Below the pieces are notes generated by a model. It ran no database searches. It was not told the origin of the DNA and worked only from the letters and a program-made list of their open reading frames with translations. A stretch of 64,000 nucleotides of DNA. Origin: Hydrolagus colliei. Its lineage: Eukaryota. The translations under genes and the position numbers were made by a program. This document shows, one piece after another, positions 14,860 to 26,200 of this stretch. The number at the start of each line of letters is the position of its first letter. The stretch's first letter is position 1. The stretch spans positions 10,106,001 through 10,170,000 of the forward strand of contig CM068750.1 of assembly GCA_035084275.1 (NCBI GenBank), in the 5' to 3' direction.

Positions 14860-15320
14860 GGTATTAATTGATCCAGCCATTGATGTCTACCCTAAGGTCA
14901 TAAGGTTACGTGGCTTTGCAGAAGCCAGCAATTAGCACATTGTCACTTGTGGTTATTTACATTGGCAATATCTTATAAGCAAGCATTTGACTGACAGGTC
15001 AGCGGGTCAGTGGGCTTTATCTGAGCCTGTAACCAATTGGAACATCAGGCATAATGCAAACAGTTTGCAACACTAATAAGATATATCTTAATAAATTACA
15101 GGCGATTAAACTGGAAGAGAACAATTAAAATAGTATCCAATATAGGTTTGCTATAGAAAATATCCCTCAGGTACAATTTAGCTTATCAGGCTTTCCCTAT
15201 TCAAAGCGTTGTTATGAAAATTAAATCATTTCAGATATGCACTGTGATAATAATTTCTATGATCGGGTCAAAGTACGAGGAGCTTGGGGTCACTTCACAA
15301 CTTTGACGTTTGACCGTTTT
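14860..15320. promoter_or_regulatory. Candidate intronic enhancer with TALE and DR2 motifs
   Basis: TGACTGACAG at 14988-14997 overlapping AGGTCA-GC-GGGTCA at 14996-15009; AGGTCA-TA-AGGTTA at 14895-14908; further GGGTCA half-sites at ~15265 and ~15287. Motif evidence only. Confidence 0.45.
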
Positions 15321-16769
15321 TCAATAGGAAAATTTAGATGAAGAAGTTAATTCCTTCCTACCAGCACCATAAATGATGTTCGGCTTCATAACAGAATTAC
15401 AACATTGTAATTACAACATGCAATGCATGAACCTTGCTGCATTCTCTAAAGGTTTTAACAGTTGTTTTTGTGAATCCGAATTTGTGTTGGACTAAATCTG
15501 TTTTATAAAATACCTGTGTAGAAGACATAGCTAAATGGGCATGAATCATTGTTGTGTATATTAATTTTATTTGAAAGCTCAACTCACTTGACTTGCTAGT
15601 AACTGTATGTGCAAGCTCCACTTCAGCCTCGGATGAAAGTGATTGGAGCAAGTGGATATCCAAGCACAGCTTCCTACTCTGAATTGCTTTACTCTAGAAC
15701 TAATAGCTGTGATATAACTGAAGCATAAGTGAATTGCGAGAGAATGGAGAAGGAAATAGATGAGCACCGATTATAGAGCAAAAACCTTTGAAGTTGTTTG
15801 CTCCTCTGCTCGTGTTTCAGTTTACCCTCAGTGCTTGGAAAACTTGCATTATATGGGGAAAGTAGCTGTAAGAGGAATCCATGCAAGAGCTCTTATTTCA
15901 TGTTTTGTGCATGCTGATTCAAAACAAATCAACAGACTATCAAAAACAGAGGTTGCTGAAGGGGAACATAAAGACAATTCCCGCTACAGCATCTTAAACT
16001 AACCTTGGGCCAAGTATTTAAATGTTATTGAATTTTCCTTTTATATAGATATTACCAGCAGCAATACATTGCATAATTATAAAGCTGCTCAGGCTATTTT
16101 CTGTTACCTTGTCTTGTTCTCTGTTCTTTCTAAAGTTGAAATCTTCAGGAAGTGTGCATTTGCAAAAGTCAATTCCCTCCACAGTATTTAATTTTTGCTA
16201 ACCTGAGGCTGAGTAGCAAAGAAAAAGAGTTAAAGTTAATTTTTAAATAGTGTGGTGGGAATAGATTTTTTAATAAACTTGTGTAGTTAAGGACCTCGGT
16301 CTCCCAAATACTAGAATTAATATAAAAACTTTTTTTCAACCCAAACCACCATTTCCTTTAAAGTTTGATTTCCCCATGTCTTCAAAACAATGAATCTTGT
16401 TGCTAATTAAATGATTAAAATCCATTTGACTTGATTTTTAAATTGGGGAGGGGGTGGGGAAGGAAAAGGATTATCTTGTCCGGATCTACTGACAACCCAA
16501 TTCTGCAATTTCATTCATTGGTTGCATTTTGCATTATATGTAAAGAATCAGTGGCGCAGCATCAGGAGGAAATTACCAAAAATAATGACATAAAATGTGG
16601 ATATATCTGAAAATACTTCCAACAGTTTTGAACAACAATGTCAATTAGACTATTTGAAAATCAAATACAGCTACTGTAATAGAGACTTTTTAAATGTGTT
16701 TACAAATGCTGGACACTGCAGAGTGATTTTATCTCTAGGACCTGAGTTGAATGACGCTAAGCTGATAGG

Positions 16770-16885
16770 AGGAAAACTTCTCTGTTTGAGATTTGTGGAG
16801 TATGTAGAGAATCATGAGGAGTATAAACACCAACATGGACAAGTTGGGCTGAATGGCCTTTCTCCATGCTGTACAGTCTACATAA
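16770..16885 (+). mobile_element. Degenerate CR1 3' end
   Basis: GGACAAGTTGGGCTGAATGGCCTTTCTCCATGCTGTA, the CR1 terminal motif. Confidence 0.6.
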
Positions 16886-17232
16886 ACCTAGATTTGGTTC
16901 CAAGATTCCTATAAAATGTGAAGTTTGAGTTTCTCAACCTAATTCCAAATAGAGTACAAAGGTTTGCTTCCAGTACAAAACTAGCCTTAAATGTGGGACA
17001 GCAGTGGAAGCAGAATGATTTAATCAATATTGTTTCATCATAAATTACCAAAGATCACAAATTATCTATTTCTTTCAAACCTCTATTACATTAAACATTT
17101 TGTCCTTTGTATGAGTATGCTTTTAATATGTGCTCTAAAATGAATCTATCTGATGTGGCCACATTTGAATGATCTAATCTTTCATATAATAGAGATCGGA
17201 ATGTGCCAAATTATTCTGATTTCTCTTTTTAG

Positions 17233-17475
17233 ATTGGAAATGCAATACTTTGTGCTGGTCAGATTGGATTAGTTCCATGCACCATGCAGCTGGCCAAAGG
17301 AGTTCGATCTCAAGCTGTAGCCTCTCTCAACCATGTTCAGAAAGTTCTAGAAGCTGTGAAGAGTGGAACAAACTTGAGCAATATCATCCTAGCAAACTGT
17401 TATGTCACAGACAAGAAATATGTTTCTGTTGTGCAGAACATCTGGCAGAAGACCATAAAGGAACATATTAAAGAG
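17233..17475 (+). CDS. DPH6: DPH6 long-form internal coding exon, first half of a Rid/YjgF/YER057c/UK114-like domain
   Basis: Polypyrimidine tract plus AG (ttctctttttag) before 17233 and GTAAGC donor after 17475. 243 nt, phase 0/0, no stop: IGNAILCAGQIGLVPCTMQLAKGVRSQAVASLNHVQKVLEAVKSG...ILANCYVTD...IWQKTIKEHIKE. The 'CAGQIGL.P' segment matches the Rid 'SGQIGL.P' motif as found in the eukaryotic Dph6 C-terminal extension. Confidence 0.9.
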
Positions 17476-20297
17476 GTAAGCAGTGATGCATCCATTTAGA
17501 AAACATTTTAATCTACAGTTTGCATTTCATATGATTAACCCAATGTAAGTTCATTAATTGCAACAATTTACATTGGTTTGCAATAATAGATACAAAATAT
17601 GGCTAACTTATACATCTCAAAATGCAGTGCTGTGATGCTTTGCATCAAAAGCAAATTCCTGTCTTTGTTTTGTTTGAGCTGTATTTCCTGTTTACTTTTC
17701 AGTAAAATGGAGAGTAGTATATGCAAAACTCACTCGAAGTTGCAACTTTCCTAAAAATGTGCATGTGTATAATGTGAGCTCACATTTAACGCCTGGGTTT
17801 CAAATCCATTTTTTAATGTACAAAATGCATATTAAATACAAAGTTTCAGAAAATATTCAATCACCGAACATGACAAGGTTTCACTAACCACAAGTCCAAG
17901 ACAGCGATAGAAAGTGCTAACTAATAATCTAAATGATGTTAATAATAAGAAGAATCATCAGCCAGTTGTGCAAGGCAATGTCCCACTTGATTCTATGCAG
18001 ATTGTCTATTAATTGTTTCTGACCATGTTGTTTAAACAAAATCATAAGCAATGGCTAAGGACAATTGTAATAACAAATAGAAAAAGATTGAGCAGGAAAA
18101 TGATACTGTTAAAAAATAAATAACAAAAGAAAAAGTAGACAGTTCAAAAAGACCTTAAAGCATCGTGTTTATGTAAAAGATTGCATCTTCTCCTCGGCCC
18201 CCAATGAACCCGACTTTGAAGCAGGAAATATAAATTCTAATTCCCCATTCTGAATTGCTCTATCAATACAAGTAAATAGATGTATTAAAATGTTGCAGTT
18301 CCAAGAAAGAATGCATGTACTACATTGGTGCTTCCAAATCAAAGAAGCAAAAGTGTTCTTGATCGGAGTGAAGAACGCTAAAAAAAAAAGGATGCAGAGA
18401 AATATGCTGGGCAAAGTTCTTTGTGGAAAAGTAGGGTTTCATAATATCACCCAAGAGAGTTGTGCATTGAACACCAGAAGCCTTTATCAATTGCACGCAA
18501 ACAAAAAGCCACTTTATATTGATAAGCGACCTTTCAGCTAATTAGGATGGACTTGCCCTTTAAAAGACTCAATCATTATTACCCCATCAACAATACTTTT
18601 CAAAGCCAGTAAATCCCATATTAATGTAACTATGCAAAGCCACCTGAATTAAAGCTGTATTCGTTATTTCTTGAACACTGTCTGGAAATGCAACAATCTA
18701 CAACTCTGCGAATCAAATAAATTGATTCTACAAAGTAACAATACACCGTAACAGGGAAAAAATGTTTTACATCCAACAAGTATTGAAGCTTTTTAAAAAT
18801 ACATCTATTTTTGGTTCTGATGTAGCAAAACAACAACAAAAGTACATTTAGTTGGGTCATGTTTCCAGTCATGTTCATAGATCACTATTGTCTCGATTAT
18901 TCTACCAGATTATAGTTTGGATATACTGTATTTTAGTAAACTGAATCTTCTGAAAATTGTTATGTGCATATCCTAGGTTCAGCATGCTCTTTTACTAATA
19001 TGCAGCTCTGTTCAGTTGCCTAAATAACTTCTGTTTGTACTTCATAAATTTGCTTGTTAGCTTTTGATAATTTGGTAAAAACAAAACAAACTCTGACAGA
19101 AACTAAATGTGCTTCTGTGTGTTTATGCAAAAGTTTAGTCACATAGGAGGGTGTTTAAAGCTGTAAAAATGTTTTTTAATTATTTGATAACGATCCACTT
19201 AAAGAGGTTATTGATCATTATTGCATTTTGGGACTAAGGATGGATCTCAATTCTAAAGACCACAGTGCACCCAAGGTCCCAATCCTACATGCAGGTCAAT
19301 GATATTTTTGCAATGATGTCTGTGTTAAACGTGTGTAAAGTGTTCATACCGTAGCGTAGATTACAAAGCCAGTAAATCACAATGATTGGATTTTTTTTAA
19401 TGCAGCAAGCTCATCATAAGCACCTTTTTGAAAACGCAGAATATTGAGTAGAATTGGGTAAGGTATATACATAATAGTCATTGAAAGGACATGAATTCCA
19501 ATCCCAGGATTCAATGGTTGCAATTTCTCCTCAATTACTGAATTTCAGTATGTCTGGGCTGCCTCATTGAATAGACCTCTTATCAGTTATTGAGCAATAC
19601 TGTTTTTGGAATGAAAGGGAAAGGCAAAGGAACATCAGGATCACTAATCTTTACAAACTCTTCAGGGCAGCAAGTATTATCCGCTGATCACAAAACAGAG
19701 TTGACATTGGCTCTAAAGAGTGATGGCCCAGAGTATATCTGCCTCGCAGTTGATGGAGGAAATGTGATGGCAAACGCTAACATTGGAAATGGAACACACA
19801 CAAAATAACAAATGAAATAAAACAGACATCCTATGTATTTGAATAATGAAATCTGACTTTGACACAGAACTTAACAGTACAAATCCAACAGAATAAAAAT
19901 CATAGTTTAAAGCAACCACATTTCTGGGAATGCTTGTGGTTTCATACAAATAGGTTTTCCATTGTTAATTAAAAGCACAAATCACAGTTTGTCATTCTGT
20001 ACTTATTTCAGTATCTTCAAGTGTTTACCTTGACTTTCTGATTCTCGCCAGTGGCCTTCTCTCATTTGCTGCTCTGATAGATTTTTCAGACCCTCGGGCC
20101 TGTATATGTCTCTTTTCCTGACAGTTTCGCACTTCTCTGATTGCTAGTGTTTGGACTACAATCATTCATTTGTGCAATTAACTCTTAGATTTGAGCTGAT
20201 GATAATCTTGCTACATCTCAGATGTTTATTCTTAAATAACAAATTACAACAACAAGATACAAAAACAATTCTGGAAATTGATTGGTTTGGAGAAAGT

Positions 20298-20618
20298 TAA
20301 TAATAATAGTAATATTCCTTGAATTTGATATAGTCATATTTGATATACATCTTCTAGATGCCTCAAAGCGCTTCACAGAATATACTGTAAAGTGAATTGA
20401 CTGTATATTTTGTGGGCGAAACGCGGCAGCCAATTGTGCAAAGCGGTATCCCATAAATAGTCGTTGATTAAAATGACCAATTTATTATTGTTTTTTTGAG
20501 GGATTATTATTAGGCATGTGAAGTAAGAGAACTTGTCAAAGGTTTTGCCCTGCCTGGAATTGAACCCAGGTCTCTCACCTGTAAGGTGAGTGCTCTAACC
20601 ACGGACCTACAGGACTCC
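20298..20618 (-). mobile_element. Full-length tRNA-derived SINE
   Basis: Reverse complement of the 12829 family, ending ...GTGCTCTAACCACGGACCTACAGGACTCC. Confidence 0.92.
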
Positions 20619-20619
20619 A

Positions 20620-20780
20620 ACAGTTGTGGATTGAGCGACCATATTATTATTAGTAGTATTTTTTGAGTGATTATCCCCGGAAAAGCAATCCAACAATCAA
20701 CTAATAACCGGATTCCTATTGACGGCTATGTAAACAAAGTCGTGTAGGGGAAGGAAACTTGCCCATCGTTTCGCTCTGTT
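20620..20780 (-). mobile_element. Partial SINE of a longer subfamily with an extra central segment
   Basis: Shares GTGGATTGAGCGACC and GGAAACTTGCCCA with the short family, but contains CCGGAAAAGCAATC...AACCGGATTCCTATTG, also seen at ~54970-55050. Confidence 0.7.
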
Positions 20781-21458
20781 CCATTATATAGTTCTATTTG
20801 AAATGAGCCTGCTGAAAACAAAACTCCAAATGAATACCTTTATTACAAAATATTTTGCTAGTTTGCACTGTCTACCAATGAATGTCATAGCAACACAATT
20901 CAGTATTTGAATCTGCTGACAATCAATTATATAACTTGAACCATTTGATGCTTCTAAAGTATTTCAATGTGTGCTGAAGCTGTAAAAGTAGAGAAATGCG
21001 TCCAGATGTTTAAACATACTTTGTTTTGTGATTTTGTGATTAAAAATAAATAAATTTTGTGATTATTTTAAAAGAATACTTAGGGGCATGCTAGTGCACT
21101 TGTGGAGAGATGAAAATGATCAAAAAGTGTTATACAATTTTAAATGGACTTGCAGCCTTGAATCACTTAAATCCTTCATAATAAATAACTGCCACTCTCT
21201 TGTGAGAAACAAATTAACTCACTCAAATTAATGAACCTTAAGTTACAAATGCATGCCGTGGAATATTTCAAACCATTCCTTATGAATACAAAATCTGTCG
21301 CTATGTTAGTTGTGATTGTTTGTAGCAAAATATCACAAATAAATAGAGGTAACCTTTCTAATTAATTAGAGTGTGTTGCCTTTATTGTTGTGATGCTGTT
21401 GACTACTGAAGATTTTGGTAGCCTTCCTCCTGTTTGTGCCTTGCATAAATTGTGTCTA

Positions 21459-21945
21459 ATAATTCTTGCATTTGATATAGTGCTTTCACGTCTTCTAGAC
21501 ATCTCACAGCGCTTCACAGAATATACTATATATTTGTGGAGTCCTGTATCTCAAAGGTTAGAGCCCTCGCCTTGCAAGCGAGAGACCTGAGTTCGATTCC
21601 AGGCAGAGCGAAACCTTAGGCAACTTTCCTTACTCCACATACCTCATAATAATCCCTAAAAATTTTTTTTTTTTGTCATTTTCAATCCATGACTGTTTGT
21701 GGGACACTGCTGTGCACAACTGGCTGCTGCAATTGTCACCCACAAAATATACAGTCAATTCACTTTACAGTATATTCTGTGAAGCGCTTTGAGAGGTCTA
21801 GAAGACGTGAAAAGCACTGTATCAAATGCAAGGATTATTATTATGTGAGACGCTTCAGAATAATTTATTTTGGAAAGCAGCAACCAATAGCACACAGCAG
21901 TGTCCTACAAACAGTCGACGATTGAAATTATCAATTTTTGGGGGG
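21459..21945 (-). mobile_element. Older antisense SINE interrupted by a sense SINE
   Basis: Antisense tail at 21459-21536; the antisense body resumes at ~21846-21945 (CACAGCAGTGTCCTACAAACAGTCG). Confidence 0.7.
21538..21844 (+). mobile_element. Full-length tRNA-derived SINE (nested)
   Basis: GGAGTCCTGTATCTCAAAGGTTAGAGC...GAGTTCGATTCC...AAATGCAAGGATTATTATTAT. Confidence 0.92.
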
Positions 21946-23187
21946 AAATCTCTCGAGGTTCCCACAAGTTTAATCCTTCTTGCAATTGAAACCAGACAGC
22001 CAAGTTCTAATGAAGTACCAAAAAATAATAAATGGCTGTAACTGAGAGCTACCAAGGAGAGAAATGCACCTTGAGCATAAACTTAATGAGCATTAAATAG
22101 AGCCTTAACCTTTACAGTGTTTATGCAATAATTTGCAACAAACAGATAAATGTTAACGGCCTTGGCCGGAAACACAGCATTTTAAGAAATTATGACTTCT
22201 TTTTCTTAGCTGCCAATTAGCTACTGCTATGCTTTGCCTAGCATGAACACCACTACATCTAATTTCTGTTCATTTTACTCTTGGGTTCTTGCTACTTTAG
22301 CTTCACTGGTCATTGTCATTTCCAGAGGTCTTTTTATAGCCTGTGTGAAGTATGCACAATGAATTCAGAAGATATAGTTGGCTTTTATCTGCTGTATGGT
22401 ATGTTTGATTTCCCTGGAGTCCAGATTAGACAAAAGTTTTATATTCATTTGAAGAAATTGTAAGGAGAATACTTAGCAGAGGTCAAATGCAGATGGCAGA
22501 ATTTAGCAGATTGAATAATTTCTATCCCCCCCCACACCCCACCTAATACTGCTGTGAACTAAAAGTGGTGATGTGGTTTTCCTTAAAGAAATATTGTAAA
22601 TGTGATAAATCAACATTTTTTGTGTCTGTTGGGTATCTCGTGTGTGGAAACCCATTACCTGCTTAAGACTACCCCAACCAGACTGAGGGGTTCACATATG
22701 AAAATTTTCCTGAGCCAGGAATGGAGTGTTCACTCTCTCCCTGTACTCTGCTTATCTAATTGTGGAAAATATTAGGCACAGGTTGGCGAGAACCCAGGCT
22801 TAGCGACTCCAGAGCGTGTGTTGGCCTAGTCCTGGAACATAACCAGCTAAAACTACTCCACCTTAAGGGCTTTAGCTTGCAAGGTTATTAACAAGAGCAG
22901 AATTGGAAAAATCCTGCTGATGAGCCAGCCTGGCTGGTCTTTTATAAACAGCAAGGCCTTTCTGTAGGCCTGCCTGATTTTGATATTGAGACAGTCCATA
23001 GAGGGTGGACTTAATTCCAACATTTTGTGCCAATCATGTCATTTTGGAGCCAGCACAGCCCCGATAGACTCTGCTTACATCTCACTTCCTGAAGGAAGAT
23101 AGTCTTAAATTGGTCATTTGACATCTGTCACACATCGGTAGATGGCAGTTACTAGGCACTCCCTGTGAGCTTCTTTGTGGTGCCGTA

Positions 23188-23575
23188 GTCACCTCAAGGC
23201 TCGACTACAGCAATTCCTTCCTTGTCGGCCTCCCCAACCCTTCCTTCCATAAGCTGCAGATCATCCAAAACTCTGCAGCTGGTGTCCTCTACCGCACCAG
23301 GCTCGCGACCCCATCACCCCCACCCTGCCCAGCTCCAAAGACTCCCCATTCTTCAGAGGATCCTTGTCCCCACTTTCAAGGCCCTCCACAGCTTTGCTCC
23401 CTCCCACCTCTCTGTCCTGCTGACCCTCTATTGACCTGTCCGCTCCATTCAGCAGGCTCTGTCCTGCCCCACCCCTCCACCCCCATGCTCGGGTCCTGAC
23501 GACTGACTGTTCAGCACTTTGGGACTTCCAGACGTGAAATGTGCTCTACAAATGTAATTTTGTATTTTGTTGTTT
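23188..23575 (+). mobile_element. L2 LINE 3' fragment
   Basis: SRLDYSNS.L.GLP and KLQIIQNSAA remnants, nearly colinear with 8660-9080, with the same tail. Confidence 0.88.
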
Positions 23576-25839
23576 GTGGACAGGTTCACTCAGCATAAAT
23601 GACATAAGTTGAGTATTCCGGAAACATGAGATCCAATCAACCTTCTGAATTGATCTAAACTTGTGACATGAGACATTGTCACAATCCTCTTGCCCACAAA
23701 TGCCCTATTCATTGAGGCATGGTTCCACCATTTGGAAAAGCAATGCTTCAGCAGCAGTTTCATAGCTCTCTACATAACAATAAAGGTGCCCTGGATACCC
23801 GAGCGTTAAATAATATTAGGAAAACTGAACCAATGTTATCACTGTTTACACTGTTCACTTACAGGAAAGAAAGGACTGCAACCGGAATATGGCTCCGCTT
23901 ATTACACTTATAGTCATTTAATTTAGGACTGGACAAATAGGTTCATTGCTACATAAAGCATTTTCTTGTGTTTTTAAGGGATATAAAAACATTCGATTGA
24001 GGTGTTGGTTCCTTTTCAGCACAAAGAGATGGGCTTAATTTGACTTCTAAATGACCAGCAATTCAAAAGTTTTAAGAAAACATTTATGAATTATCTGTGA
24101 TCATAGCAGTGTAGAATTGTGTCTGAAGATTCGGTTGCTGGTAGGCCTTTTTTTGCTGCTTGATATTGCTAGTCGTCCTCAAACTGTTAAATGGAATCAG
24201 AGTTGAAATAGAATTGAGGAACAGATCTACAAGTAAGACGTTAAATCTTTCAAGAATGTTCTAAAAAGGTTAAATCTAAAGAACAAATCAGATCACAGGA
24301 TATAAGGGTTAATATGATGGGGCTGGTAACATAAAGGGTTAATATTCATATATTCACAGATGCTTATAAAACTAATCGGCCTTATTCACAGACCTAGGTA
24401 TTGTAATTAAGGAGCTACTTAACACCAGCTCCGCATGATAGTGTAACCAAATCCCTTTTGTTTATGTTCTAAATAGTGCACACAAGGTGCGAAAAATTTA
24501 AAACACTTTTGCATGTTGAATGCAGATAATTGGGGAGGCATTGAAACTTTGGGGGAGAAAACATAATATAAAATGATTATGATTTATTATTGAAAGCATT
24601 TATACATGAATATAGAAATGGGCAATTATTTTAGAATAACAATATAAGAATGATCTGCATTTCATACATACATATGTAGATAATTGATTATTGTTGAAGC
24701 TGCTAAATAGAATTCGGAATCATGCTACACTGCAGTGTAGCTGATGCAGTACTGTATTTCCCTTTACTGAATGAGTTGGAAATATTCTTGTGACAACCTG
24801 AAGTTTATATGTAAACCATTTATTTAGTTCTGCAGTGAAGCATCAAAGAGGGGGAAGCAGGCTTGCTGTTGCTTAAACAGCCGTCTTTTGCTGTGCTGAG
24901 AAGCTGCTTCACTGTGTGATTAGAAATTCCTGCTGCGTAGGAAATGTGGGGGAAACTCACATAGTTTGTCTACATATGTTCCCTGCTGCTAATAGGCTTT
25001 AACCTGTTTCCTGATTATTGCATTTACCATGCAAATATCACCGTTCTGAGATTAGACCTATATCCATGAGAGAACATGAAAGAAAGAGTTTCATGTATCA
25101 TGATTTAAAAATTAAAAACTATCATCAAGGGAGATTAAAAGAGATAATGAGCAAGGAGCCGGCTTTTCAATATGGTGGCAGGGACTCTAGGGGTTCTCAG
25201 TCCAGATGCTTAGCTAAAAATGTTTTGGCAGAGTAAAAATAATAAGAGCTATATGGAACACATCCAAAATTCTGTAATATAAATGGGGTAACGCAAGTTT
25301 CAGAACAATTGGTGCAAAATTAGATGATGAATTCTCAAAAAAGCCAACCATTCCAATACATTACATGTTTATTATTTTACTGTGCGAGATTTATGAGTTG
25401 GGCAAAATAATTTTCCATCTTCTTGCCACATATCTAAAGGTACTTGATCTTTGTCACTGGCAGAGCCTCTTTGGGCAAAACCAAAATATTTTATTAAACA
25501 CCTCCAGAGGCTTATTTCTTTCATGTGATTTCATAATTGTACAACCTAATATCAGTAAACATTTTATTAATGACTTTATGAACTCCTTTTTCTGCTATTC
25601 TTTTCAGGCATTTGTTTTATAAAAAATGCTTCATACTGTTCAGAACATTTGGCCTCTGTTTTTTTAATTTAATTTTAATCATATTGTCGGGCTAACTGTA
25701 TTTGGAGAGCAGGCTTCTTTAGTGTGATGTGGGCTGTTATTGGATTTATTGGTCATCTATGATGCTCTACTGAAGCAAATGTGCTTTGTAGATTCATTTG
25801 TAATCTTTATCCTTCCTTTTTGCCCTGGGAGCCAATGCT

Positions 25840-26200
25840 ACTCTTACAGGGTGGAATAAGGAATGTAAAACTAATCGAAATGTTCAAGGCACATAGCAGA
25901 CTCAAACTAGATCTTTTCTTGTCTGTCTTGACGCAATACATATATGCCACTCAGCAAAGCTTTCTGCTTAATACCTTGTCGGATAAAGAACACTGTGATG
26001 AAGGCCTTCAGCAGATTGAGGTGTGGCCTCATACTGACCCTGCAACATGAATCAGTCCAGATCATCTTTGATAAATGGTGCTGTGTCAAGATAGATCTGA
26101 TGGTGACCTCCCAGAACAAATGCTTGCCAAGATTCTGTTGCAGGACCTTGATGGTCTGTCAGTTTCCTAGAAAGAAGTTTTTTATGGCATGCCTTCTGTT
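25840..26200 (+). mobile_element. DIRS1-like (tyrosine-recombinase) retrotransposon fossil, RNase H end / methyltransferase-like domain start
   Basis: QGGIR at 25847, then in another frame IPCRIKNTVMKAFSR...LQHESVQIIFDKW...KIDLMVTSQNKCLPRFC. This parallels the DIRS pol motifs QGGTRS / IPG..N..ADALSR / LHPEV.Q.IF..WG / IDLFA...N.KLPRFCS recalled from knowledge of the family. Confidence 0.7.

Noticed and set aside
1-17232. Upstream DPH6 exon expected to encode 'HVQS.SHWAPANIGPYSQ'
   Set aside because: Not found by eye (CACTGGGCT at ~10062 does not continue correctly); it probably lies upstream of the window.
19590-19808. Protein-like 72-aa ORF as an extra DPH6 exon
   Set aside because: No recognisable homology, no convincing donor before the stop, and the flanking exons already join in frame into a continuous Rid domain.
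24300-24345. Two AAGGGTTAA motifs resembling piggyBac termini
   Set aside because: Same orientation, with no opposing TIR or transposase remnant seen.
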